Shown piece after piece: positions 51,794 through 64,000 of a DNA stretch of 64,000 nucleotides (its first letter is position 1; every line of letters begins with the position of its first letter). Both the position numbers and the translations under genes were made by a program. The notes under the pieces were generated by a model. It searched no databases. It was given only the letters and a program-made list of their open reading frames with translations, and was not told the origin of the DNA. The stretch is taken from the NCBI GenBank assembly GCA_035084275.1, contig CM068749.1:12710001-12774000 (forward strand), in the 5' to 3' direction. The DNA comes from Hydrolagus colliei. Its lineage: Eukaryota.

Positions 51794-52100
51794 CCTCACA
51801 CACACTCCCTCCACCCATTAACTCTCCAAACCCCGGCTGCCATTGACTCGAACCCTCCTCTCCTTCGAAAGTGGGAATAAACGCGGCTGGGCTCACATCA
51901 CTGTCCCAAATGAGAAATGTGAATGGTTGAGAAACCTGACTTAAGTGGACACGAGAAGCCTGCGAGAAAGCAGACGTGAGAGTAAAGCTCTTTGTGTCTG
52001 CACTAACGTACACCATAACCTCGCGGAATTATAAACGATTCATCCATTAGGTTGAGAATCTTTCAGTTTGCACTGAGATGGCGCTTTCCCGTGGCAGGAA
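51400..52100. promoter_or_regulatory. CpG-rich promoter/enhancer-like region
   Basis: agccaat, gggcgg, TCF/LEF-type cctttgat (~51550), ttaattaatca homeodomain-type sites, many CpGs, no TEs. Confidence 0.45.
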
Positions 52101-55100
52101 TATCGTGTTGCTGTGAATTAATTCCATGAAACACACCATCTGAATAGACCAATGAACTCAGTTGCAAGTGCTCTTTAATCTTGTGATAAGAAGGGAGCGG
52201 GAGATGATTTTATATGGAGGGGTGGGTGGGGGTGATGGACGACTTGCCCTTTGAAGACCATATGATTTTTGCACAAAATATTCTGGGATTTCATGCATGT
52301 GAATTCTCTCTGCAACATTCAAGAGATGAGCAGGAAACCAGTTTTTCAGATGTTGTTTGATGTTGTTGGAGATTCTGCTTGTATCATGGCTATATATATA
52401 TATTAAAAAAAGAGCCAGGCAAGATCGAATTACACCGTGATGCTCTTGTTTGCGAAAGCCACATTTCAAAATATTGGATATGAAATTCTATGATTAAAAG
52501 ATTGCATTTGCAACATTTTTTTTTGGGGGGGATGAACTATTGATATTATGCACTTATGAAATCCTGATGTTTCTAAGGAAACATCTTCTCCCTCGGGTGC
52601 AATGACTGTGCTACTCGAATCATGTTTTTCTATGATCCTGTTCCCTCCCCCCCCTCCCACCTCCCTCCCCTCCTCCTCATGGTTGCAGATGGGTGGCTAA
52701 TTTTCATAATTAGCGTAGGTTTTCTATACAGATGAATTATGTCGGTGTTTAAATCAAACTATTTCATGAATCCTAAGTGTTCGTGACTGTTCCTGTCCAG
52801 ACTAGTTAAGTCAACCCCCCCCCCCCCCCCCCCCCCACCCCCCTCTCTCCTCAGCTACATTTGACTAAACCGAGTGTTACTCGTGCTGTCAGATTCTCTG
52901 GCATGGAGGCACGCACTTCAATATTTGGAAGTCTTAACTATCTGGTTGATCTATTTAACCAGACGGTGGGTGACTTTGAATGGCATTAAACCCTGGCTAC
53001 CTGGGCTGATAGAGACCAGCACCGTCTACAATCCATGGCGATAGTCTCGTAGTGTAGCCAGCTCTCCGGTGAAGGATTCCAGGCTGTCCCTACATGCCTC
53101 TGGATGAGTTTTTTTTTGCCGTTTTCTCACACGAGAATTCAATTCCATTCATTCCACCGAATGCTTTGCTCTGAAACATTCACGCTGAATGAGATTTTCT
53201 CCCGTAAGCCGCCCACCGCTTGTAGAATAAGAGTGGAAACTGCAGGGTATTTATGGCACGAGTTAATCGTAATAAATGTGCCTTTTTGTACATTGTACCT
53301 GGTTCAAATCTCTGTGACGTCTGTAGGCACGGCTGTTGCCACCTGTTAGGATGATTGTCAGATCCAACGATTGTACAGCCCTACTTCAGCAATTGTAGTA
53401 ATATTTTTTTTAAAAAGAGATTAGATTAAGCGGTCACACACACGCGTTTGCATACTTGATAAGTCTTAGTTTTTAAAGCCAAATCATCTCTTTTCATATT
53501 TTTGAACCAAAGTAATAAAAAAAAGGATGTCTTCAGTTAAGGGACCGATTGTCTGTAGTACATTAAGTTTGGAGATGACACAGCTCCACTTCATAGACTG
53601 ATTGATCCTTTCATTGTATAAAATAATACACTGGAAATGTCTTCAGCTGCTCATTGCCTGGGCCAGAATAGACTACTGGACGACTCTCCCTTTGTGCCGT
53701 TTTGCTCAAGTACAAAAAGTCACATTTATTACAATTAACTTGTACCATAAATAGGCTGCAGTTCCAGCAAGTTGTGCTTTTTTTTTAGTAAAAATCATTG
53801 TTGCAGTAAAATCATTGACTGCCATACATTTGGAGAAGTGGGTGACATTACATGACGTGTAACTTTGTGTGCTATCCATCATTCCTGAACATTAGAGATA
53901 GAGAGAGAGAGAGAGAGCTGTGATGTTTGGGCAACACAATGAAAAGGGTCTGGATATTTCAGGAAAACCCACAGGAAGGAAATTTCCCTCAGAAAGACTG
54001 CACTTGCACATGCAGGAATGTATGTTTTTCTACGCTGTACTCGCATTTTGGGTGAACCAAACACACACACACATATGCACATAGAGCCTCACAAATTGCC
54101 CCGAGAGTTTCCTCCTTTGCCAAATCTAAATCGAAATTAAGCTTGGCAGTTCAGCAGCAAATTTGCCTACAGGTTTGCCTGCAAAATACACAAGACACTG
54201 CACTATAGAGTCTATCATTGTGAAGCGTGTTGAGTCATCCTGTTGGTATGAAAGCACAAATAATACCAAATGTCGGGATGAAACTTTATACTTGACCCAA
54301 ATGGGATCCTCCCGGCGTTTTCCAGCACTGGGCTTCCCTGACAAAACACAACAAATCTTCTCGTGTATTCTTTGCCAAAGTGACACTAACCTTGATGATT
54401 AAGGGAAGAGACTGAAGGTCAAGTCCATCAATGTCTGGTCTTTATTTTGCTACTCGTGAACTTGGTGGCCATTGTCTCCATTCCAGTCACATCTAAAAAG
54501 ACTTTAGGTTTCAATTTCTTCTCATTCCTGTGTTTGTTTGTTTTTGTAACTTGTTACCAGTCCGAGAGAGAGAGATGGAGCGAGTTCTCTCCGTGCCGAC
54601 TGCCACTGGATCATTGAGTCAAGTTGCAAAAGTGTATCCTCAAAAATAAGATTCATTCTGGCCAAGCCAACCTATCTATCTAAATGGGGGGGGGGGGGGG
54701 GGTCATTCACTGGCCCATTCAGTCCAGGCGACACAAGTCATAACCTAACTTCACTGTAAATACCTCAGCACAATAAACCTTTTATATAGTAAAGTACAGA
54801 AGCTTTGATGAAGGGGGTAATCGCGTTGATCTGCAAATAGCAATGAGGGCCACCCTTAGTAATGCTACAGAAGAAAATGTACTTTGTTCCATTATGAGCC
54901 CTTAGCATGCCAAGAAATGCGACTTCGTGAACAGTAAATTCGAAACAAACCTTATCGGCTATTCTTTCTGATTGATAGCACACGATGCCTCTCGGGGCTG
55001 TGTGTGTGGGGGGGGGTGGATTTCAAGCCGAAGAACTGTGGACTGAATCACAGAAGTGACCGAGGGGATGTTCCAATGCAGGAAAAAGAAAACATTGGTT

Positions 55101-58100
55101 GTGATGTATTGCACCTCTGAAGCTCAAGGGAAAATATTTTATTTCTTAGGACCACAAGCTGTAGCTTGCAGTTCTCTGTGGCCTCACACTTACTCCATTG
55201 TTAACCGCCTGCAAGGGAGTCAGATGCATTGCTTTGTATCCATAATTATTTATTTTTTTGGTCGGGGTGGTGGGGGGTGATATTTTTCAGCTGCACTTTG
55301 AAAGAGTTCCATTATGTGCGCCTTCCAGATACCCAAAGCCTTTGTTTAATTCCAGCAGCGTTTTCTTGTGCATTTTTAATTCGTCCCATCTCGACCCTGA
55401 CAAAGCGAGTGTATTTAGCAAAGCAGCAAGTATCACTTCAACCTGGGATCAAATGACTTCAGTCAATTTAATTCATTAACTAATCTAAGGTTAGCAAAGG
55501 GGGTATGTCCTCGAGAGTGCGTTTAGCTAGTGGTATTCAAGATTTTAGTCCAAAGACTTAATAGATTTATACTACAGAAAAGGATCAGATATTAGGTGTT
55601 TGCAACCCTAAATTTAATCCCTATGATGTCGGATTATTTAAGAAATGAAGTAACGTGGAAACCTGCCTCAAAACCATCCCAATAACGCCGTTCTTTTTTT
55701 TTGCACTCTTTTTCATTCCAGCTATATATTGTACAGTGCAATAATACAACCTCACCAGCAAGGTGAACCAACCCCCACTAAAGTAGTCAAACTTGCCCAG
55801 TCCCTTTGCTGATGTTATGAGCCAGTTTCCATTGTACCAGGCTTGGGCAAAACATAGCCAATTGTGAGTATTTCAAGCTTTGCTAGTTGGAAGGAAAAAC
55901 TGTGAACGTGTACCTCAAGGGCAGCAATGTATAAAGATCATCACGTCATCACATTTTGCATGGCTGACTCCACTGTGACCTCTCCAAATTTGAACTTAGT
56001 CAATTCTATGAAAACAGGAACAGGAGGAGGCTGTTTGGATTTGGTCTCACCTTGGATTTATTAGTATGCGTGTGTATGTATGTGTATATATATATATATA
56101 TACTTGCAGTACACTTGGTTAGTTAGTAAAGATGTTAAATTTTTATGTATTCTCAATTTAAGAGGAAGAAAGTGCACTATAGATTTTTAATTTCTCACAT
56201 TTTCAGTTGGTCAGAGGTCAAACATTGAAACAATTTTTGCACTGCTCCATGTCGTTCTGCCTCATGAGAAAGCTGGCTGGGAAAGAAAGAAGGTATTATA
56301 CTGTGGCGCAAAGTATATTTTTATTAACCTTTGGAAGCCTGCGGGAAAACAAATGTCGTTACAATATTTAGTTTCTTCGTAGAACACCGTGATAGAAATG
56401 CATTCTGTGATTCCATGCATTCTTCTGCTTCACAATATTCCATATTCAAAGTGTACGGTCAGCATTGCAGATGTTGTGTGATAGAAAACATGTGGCTACT
56501 CTGAAAGCTGCAAAGCACATTCTGTCTTCGCTGGATTAAAAGTGCAGATATATTTTCAAATAACCACAAATGTTGTGTTAAATGAAGCATAAGTGCATAT
56601 ATGACAGTTCTTACTGAACTTGAGAAAATGCACGTTTTTCACCAAAATAAAATTGATGAGAGAAATTATGTTTCCATTCAGGCATTATTGGCTATCTATT
56701 TTATTCTTTATCTGTTAAAAAAAATTGTTCCAAACAGGAACAGAAACAGTTGAAAGACATACACAAGTGGTTTCAGTTTAGGCCAGGTTCTGAGAGCAAT
56801 TTTTGAAAAAAACTCACATAATTGGCTTGTTGCAAAATGATTATACATTCTCTTTCAGCTTAAACAACAGTATTTGCATAAGTAAAACGGTACAGCATTA
56901 TCAATGAAATACATAAAGCTGGGCAACCAATTTTGCTCCTTTCTGCAAGATTACAAACTAAATCCCCAAATAAGTACTTTCTGGCTTTGCAGACTGAATT
57001 TTATCTTTTAAAAGTCTAGATAATAGCTTTGAACCTTTCATTTGAGATGAATCAACCTGACCTTGCCTTTTCTCACTCAATAAATGGAACAAGCCTTGAT
57101 CGACAAAAATCAATACTAATGCAGTGGTGTGAGTGCAGCAGTTTTTTTTCTCACACTGCTTATATTGTACATAATCTTTCTTTCGAATCATTTTGCATTT
57201 ATAATATCTGCTGCTGCCAGCTCCAGCACAATGCTAAGAAAGGCTAGGGAGTTTGACTTACAATTTGTAATGTTAAAGAGTTGGATTTATAAGTTAATCA
57301 ACATTTAATGAGAAATGCATCAGAAGAAAGGAGTTCATATATGCCTTGTATCTGTTAAATAGTTGTAAAGGATTGATTCTCTGATAGAGCCTGACTTGGT
57401 TATTACATCACATCCATTTGTGTGTTCCTGTTGAAAGCAATAGGAGCGTAAGATAGCAGTAGGTTTCTGCACTGCCCTATGCTTATGGCTTTCAATAGGG
57501 GAAACAAAATTGCTGACAGAATACCATGTCTAGGCATTTCATTTAACAAAGCAATTGGCTGCTTTTAAACATAATTCACAAAAGCAGAGTGTGGAAAGCA
57601 CTGTATTTTTTTTAAATCCATGATTCAATTACCAAACAACTGCATGCCGGTAGTATTAGATAACTTAACAGTAAAGCTGTTATCCACTTTGGTCTCAAAA
57701 TGCCATTTCAAGAGCATAACCCCTTTTTCCTACATTTTGTTTGTTTTTAAAACAACAGCTAAGAATCCAATGTATAGTATTGACCAATTATTCTCTTCGT
57801 ACAAACACCAATTAACTTCTCTTCAGTCCACATTTGGCAAGATAATTTTGCTAATGTTGACCCTCAAAATTGATTTGGAGGCATTTTGACTTTCCTCAAA
57901 ATATTTCTTTGGCAAAATTGAAATTACTTTTTTTTTAGGTATTTTTGCAATGAAAAGCTCATACAGATGAACTCCATCTCAGTATTGTTGGTATCGCTCA
58001 CATTTTTCCCACAGAATTTAAAATGGACTCACATGTTGGACAGTTAATTCTATGATCCTTGCTGGATAAGCTTAGCTTCTTTTTGCTACACAAAATGCAT

Positions 58101-58709
58101 TAACAGAAAATAAGCGACCACATATTTCTTTTGTAGGCCCATGTGCAGTAAAGAGGGTTGAGTTTAATTAAAACGCCTAATGCTCTTTAATTTTACCGTA
58201 CATTTCTTCATCAGAAGAAAACACTTCAGAAAGTAGAGTTAGCTTGTGGTTCTATTTAAGTAATTTTCCCGCTTCCAGCAACCTATTTCCTGTTGTTTTT
58301 GGTAAACTGCGGTACAAAGAGGTCAGGCTGACTAATACACTTGGTCATGCTCGTGCACTTATCTGTCGATTTTTTTTCAAAACAAATACTAGTTTCAAAT
58401 CGGGTGTGGAGTACAAGATCTATAAAAGTGCTGAGTTCCACCTCTTGGCTTGCCAGACGATACAATAACATATCTCAGTGCTGCACATATTTTCTTTCAC
58501 TGACTTCTTAATCTTAGCCGTATCTTTTTATCTACTTGGTAAGGTCATCTTGTATTTAACTCGTTTAAGACCAATTTCTCTTGATATTTGATTTCAAAGT
58601 TCTCATTGTTAATTCAGTACATTGCTTCAACAATGAACATACACTGATGGCAACAATTATTTTCCTAAGAAAATGTTACTGTTAAAATATTTAATGTTGT
58701 TGATCTACC

Positions 58710-59010
58710 GGTGGATTGGTAGATACATGCTTTACATGGTACAGTGCTAATCCATATAAACCAAAAGATCTCAGATTCAATCTCTGATTTGTGTTGAGTG
58801 ATAAGATTATTGATGAAGGTGTATAATTGGCCTCAGAGATTAGGATAAGGGATCTGAAATATCGGTTAGGGCTCTTAATTCTGACTGCTGTCTGGTGACC
58901 CTCAGTCAGTGTGTGTGGGTTTACATTATGTGAAGTCTCGATTGGGCTTCAACATTAACAAATGGTCTTTTCTTTCAGTCAAGGCATCTTCCACATACCA
59001 TGTGGAATCC
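58710..59010 (+). mobile_element. AmnSINE2-like ancient SINE
   Basis: ggtacagtgctaatccatataaacc..attcaatctctg..tgtgttgagt..tataattggcctcag..ggtgaccc..gtgtgtgtgg. Confidence 0.55.
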
Positions 59011-59021
59011 ACGCAATGCCT

Positions 59022-59150
59022 TTAATAGTAATAATAATCCATGCATTTGATATAGCACCTTATCACGTCTTCAAGACGTCTCAAAACACTTCACAGAATT
59101 TACTATAAAGTGAATGGACTGTATATTTTGTGGGAGAAATGTGACAGCGA
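59022..59150 (-). mobile_element. SINE 3' fragment
   Basis: ataataatccatgcatttgatatagcaccttatcacgtc..gacgtctcaaaacacttcacaga. Confidence 0.85.
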
Positions 59151-62100
59151 ATGCTCTCACCCCATAAGCCACAGAACTCCATAATAGGACTATTCAACCT
59201 GTTCAACAAGGTTAGATACATCCATCTTTTGAACAAGTACCAGAAGGTTTCTAAGGACATAGTGCCCATCAGGCCTCTTTATTGTCATTGGTGAAATCAT
59301 ACCCAGCAAGAATATCAACATTCAGGAGAGAGGAAACAATGGTTTGGAAAAACAATATTGTTTTTGCAATCTTCTGTCAATATTCTACAAACAATATACG
59401 GTGCACATGCTTGAAAATCCCACAGATTTGACTGCCCTAAATCTAACTTGGTACATTTGTTTGCTCCTATAAAAACACCACAAGTGTCCTGTTCTTCCTT
59501 TCCTGCCCTTAAACTAAATATTGCAGACTTTGCATCTGTTTGCACAGTCAGTCCTGGAAGTAAGAAGTCAAAATAAGCTTTGGGGAGTTAAAAAAAAGGT
59601 TGATTCTTGTAATGTACAACCTCATAAAATATAAATCATGATCCACAAATAGGAAATTGAATACCCTGGCAAAGTGCCTGGAGAAAAGGCTGCATGACCC
59701 AGAGTGGAACTAATGTACAACAAATGAAACTGGTCTAACTTTACAGGAAGCCCCTTGGTCACAAGTGAGGAAAAAATATAGGGAATTTTACAAAAGTACC
59801 TTGTATTTCCCATTAAATAAGACAATCAAAATACAATTCGCGAATCATTGAAATTATGGTGCTCTGTTACCAAGCTATGTTCCAAAAGGGCACCAGGGGT
59901 CAACATAATTGTTGAACACAGTCTTTAAACTTTTTGATGTTTTAAAAATAGAAATGCATTTTAAATGAGTGCTGGAAATTCTTATCCTATTGCATCTCAG
60001 CCACACTGAGCAGAAATCGTGAAGAATTAGGTTATCCAGATAGATCCTTTCCTCAGAATCTAAAGAATGACAAATAATTGTGCTATTGATTAAGAAACAT
60101 TCTGCCTCTGTATAAAGATCCTTTTATCCAAGTGGGCTATATGAGCATCTTATTTGTAACTGTGTTATTTGTACATAGTTGGCTCTGCAGAGTTTGCTGC
60201 AGGCCCTTGAATTTACTCAAAAGGATTAATGTACGAAATGGTGGAATTCTATAATGTTGCGTTAAGATGGAGTTTTTCAGCAAAGCTTTCCCGACAAGTC
60301 CACATGTCTGTGGCAATCCAACCAGACAGTCAAGTTCACAGCATGTCTGGGCTTTTGATTTTAAATGCATCTCTTCACAGAATTCAATTGCTGGCTGCTC
60401 AATTATTGATCGTCGTGAGGTTTTGCTTTGTCTTTCAGACACAGAGTGGTAAAATGAATTACAGGGAACACATTTAGTATGAAGAAACGTATTGGAAGAT
60501 TCACTGATAATCAAATCTGTGGTAAAACGCATTGACTGGAACAATGCACAGAATTGGAATGAATCAAAATACTGTTGTGATTTTCTTTTTTTGGGTGGTA
60601 GTGGGGAGATGATAAAAACTAAGAAGGCCCTCCTAGTCCTGCCAATGAACTGTTTTGTGCAGAAGAATTATTCTATTCTGTATAAACTGAATAAATTTTC
60701 CATGATCAATTCCTTGAAACTATTTTTATGTCAGTCTCGTTGTGGAAAAATAGCTATTGTCTGTTTTATATACAGTATTTGGCTTTTTTTTGTCTTTAAC
60801 AAAAAAGTCTGTTTAATAGAACATTTGGGTGTTGTCCATAACATGGAACTTATTATATTACCATACACTTACTTTAGCTCATGAACTGTAAAGCCACTCA
60901 AAGGCTGTGAGTTCTCAGAAAATTTTGCCAGAAAATTTTTGTTTACCGACCGAGCAGTGGGATCAGTCTGAGATATCAGAGTGGTGGAGATGTAATTGCT
61001 CCACAAAATTGCTCCACAATTTTCACAATGAAAGTTCTTCTGAGCTATCTTCAAACATGAGTCATCTCACAGAGAGCTTTTGTGTGAAGTTCTTCCATTT
61101 GCAGACTTGCGTTTCCAACGCCATGTTTGATTGCACTGAATGGTCAAATTTGCTATGGCAACAGCTTAGAGCTGTTCTAAGCTGTTGCCAACATTGCACT
61201 GCCTCCTGTCTTCACTCCCTCAGGCAACTTTCTACTTTTAACTCTTCAAGGACTGTCTCGGTATTCATAAATTACCTTTCCCCTCTCCAAACAAAACGCA
61301 TTCTTCAGAACTTTTGATTAAAAACATTGACTATTTCTAAACAATTGCAGATCTGTTGGGAGAACAAAACAAGTACGCTTCTTAATTTTTCTTTCAAAAT
61401 GGTATCATTGGCACCAAAGACTGCTGGAGGTCCTCAAAGGTTTAAACTAATTGTAAAATGATATTGGAACAGTGGCTGATTATGGAGCAGCAGGATACTT
61501 AATAATGCAAATTTGGCTAGTGCATCAGGATGCATTCAGTGGATTCAATACAGTTGGCTGTGCAGAGATTGTACAGATGTAGACTCCTAATTTGGCCCAC
61601 TCAGCAGTATTCAGTGCCTGGGATTGATGCATACCTTACATCACCACAATCCTGTTCAGTTCATGCAAAGGCAGCAGCAAGGGACTGCACCTGGAGCAGG
61701 GAGGAGCATATGAGGGCAAAGGCTGACCCCGGCTGGGGCACTAACTAAACAGACATTACACTGTATGAAAGGTCCAGACAACCCCTGCGGATTCATCATG
61801 CGACACTCGGCTTTCTTCTTTTCTAGACATGGTAATTCCAAAGAATATACTGGGATCACCAACGGTGCAATTATCCACCAGCTTCTCATTTTCTCCTCAC
61901 GTTTGGTTTGGAAGAATTCAGAAAATTAATAGATGGCGCTTTTTAGATTAGATTTCACAAGAACCCTTGTTATGACTACTCGCTAATTCTATCAAACTAA
62001 TCTAAATCCACATGATTAGGAGTTAGGAGTCGGCGAGTTGTGGCAGAGGATCTCTGGTGCTTTTGACAGTAGAACTAATACAGTGGATGGGAGGGAGTGG

Positions 62101-64000
62101 GGTGAAGCACATTTTTTCAGACTAGAGAATTTAACATGGTAATCACTTGTTTCAGCTGCCGGATAATATTAACATTTAAGCCTGTTCCTTGTCACACAAG
62201 CAACAGAATTTGTTGATTAGAGTTTTTAGAAATAATAATAATAATCAATAATAATATATTGTATTCCTCGGTTTAATTTTCACCCAGGGCAAGAGCAGCC
62301 ACATGGCTTCCTCCGTTGTCTTCGGACACACCTGCCGTTCGAAGGTTATGTAAACTGTAGCTACCCCCCCACCCCTTTGTCCCTCTTTAATCAAACACAG
62401 CCGTTACGGCAGGCAAATGACTGTCTGATTTGTATTTAAATCCAGGTAGGGAAATAAGGTGTAATAAAGGAAGGGTCTGGTTTGTATTGTAAAGTTTAAT
62501 AGGGCCGTAAGTCAGGCGAGCACCCTCTCCTTTTCAAATCAATTGTGTGTGTGCACTTAGGCACAGCTGTATCCCGATTCAGTTGATCACCACAGAAGAA
62601 GTGAAATTCTTTCCTCTGTGCAAGTCATCTCCTTTCAAAGAGCCAGCCACCCTGGCAAGTAGGTATTTTGTCTGGAGCTGATGGTGCGGAATGTCTGCCA
62701 CATTTGTGGCATGAAAGTAATGTATCGGCGATTCTGAAGACTTGTTATTGCAACAGTGTCTACCATGAAACCACTTCAATACTGTTTTTTTTAAAAAAGC
62801 TAAATTGCAAGTGCCCGAGTTAAAATCTACTTCCATGCTATAGGGGCTGTAAGAAGGCATTGAGTTCATCCACTAATCTAACGTTAACATTAATTTTCAA
62901 AAGCACCCAGCATTGACCCTCCAAATTGAATCAAGTTATTTCCAAATTGGTCATAGAAAGATTACTTTTTTTAACATATAAACTACCAGCATGTGTGGAC
63001 AGGCACGTGATGCATGGATACACTGCTGCAAAAATGAAAGAGGTTGAAAACAAATATCTGCATTCAATGAATTTCTCTCCCTCCGCAGTCAACATAAACG
63101 ATTTGGCAGAAATAAAGCAGCCCTGAAATAAGGCATGTCCCCCATTGCAGAAATAATTCAATGTTTCTACATTTCTCCACATTCGCTGCGGTTAGCTAGA
63201 CAAAGGCGAGATTGATGCAATGAGGGTCAGAATGCCTCCACTGATTGCTGCACTCGCCCTTCACTCTGCATATGATCAATTAAGTATTGAAAATACTCAG
63301 CTGATTCCATTTGCTGCAGATTTTAAGTAGCGCCTTGTAAACCAGGAAGAATGATGTGAAAGGAAGAGTCTCATCTGAACAATAAAAAGGGCACGTGGCT
63401 GTCTGTTCTGGTCAAACTCTGCACAAAGTTCTCTGGCTTTAGTTCTGTAAGGTAACGTTACCAGGAATGTTAACGTTAATGTTTGATTCAGAACAAAGAA
63501 AGGCTCTCCTTACACAGCCTTTCTATCCACAGCCTATGCAGCACAATGTTTTACTGAACCCACCAAGCAGCAGAAACCTAGAACCGACTTGTCATGCATT
63601 GCGTGCAGGCTCCTTGATTGTAGAAAAAGCTGGCTGCTGTCCAGACAGGCTAGAGCTCTGTTGATCATTATGTCTAGCCTTCAGGTGTCTCAACTCACAG
63701 TGGGTGGTGAAAGAGGGAAGGAAGGGGGGTTGGTGGGGGGGAGTGGTGGGGGGAGAGAGGAGGAGGTGTAGACGACATGAAGGAAGACAAAGAGAAAAAA
63801 AAACTGCTCACGAAAAATGCATGATGCGTACTCTTGCAACATGAATTTTTGTACATTTAGTCAAGGCAGGCTTTAAGAATGCAAAATCTGAAACTTGCCT
63901 GTGTAAAAGCAGTCCACATTGCTTCACTTTAGAAATCATTGCTCACCACTCAGCACTGAATGTAGAATGATGTTGGCAAGATTAATTAATGTAAGCCCCC

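Noticed and set aside
1-64000. ORF-track entries as protein-coding genes
   Set aside because: All are short (max 171 aa), many overlap repeats or low-complexity DNA, and none resembles a cellular protein I recognise; the only protein-like motifs are L2/CR1 remnants

Overview
Vertebrate non-coding DNA, AT-rich, with no credible protein-coding gene; the ORF track is essentially chance ORFs plus retrotransposon remnants. The repeats (tRNA-head SINEs with (ATT)n tails, L2 LINEs with (TTG)n tails, CR1, Deu-domain SINEs, palindromic Penelope-derived elements) point to a cartilaginous fish, probably a holocephalan such as Callorhinchus (inference). The firmest feature is a minus-strand microRNA cluster: mir-181a (mature 5p at 12852-12874) followed by mir-181b (12659-12681), with 3p arms and spacing like the mir-181a-1/b-1 cluster. 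Upstream on the same strand are several well-formed candidate non-coding exons (50131-49946, 48008-47881, ~40140-39756, 16285-16214) and two CpG-rich promoter-like zones (~40 kb, ~51.5 kb). These probably form the pri-miR-181 host gene in a repeat-poor, enhancer-like landscape. Also notable are two short TSD-flanked Penelope-type insertions (15.3 kb, 43.4 kb), each carrying a decayed minimal hammerhead-ribozyme core. Family names are from recall, not database searches, and repeat boundaries are approximate.
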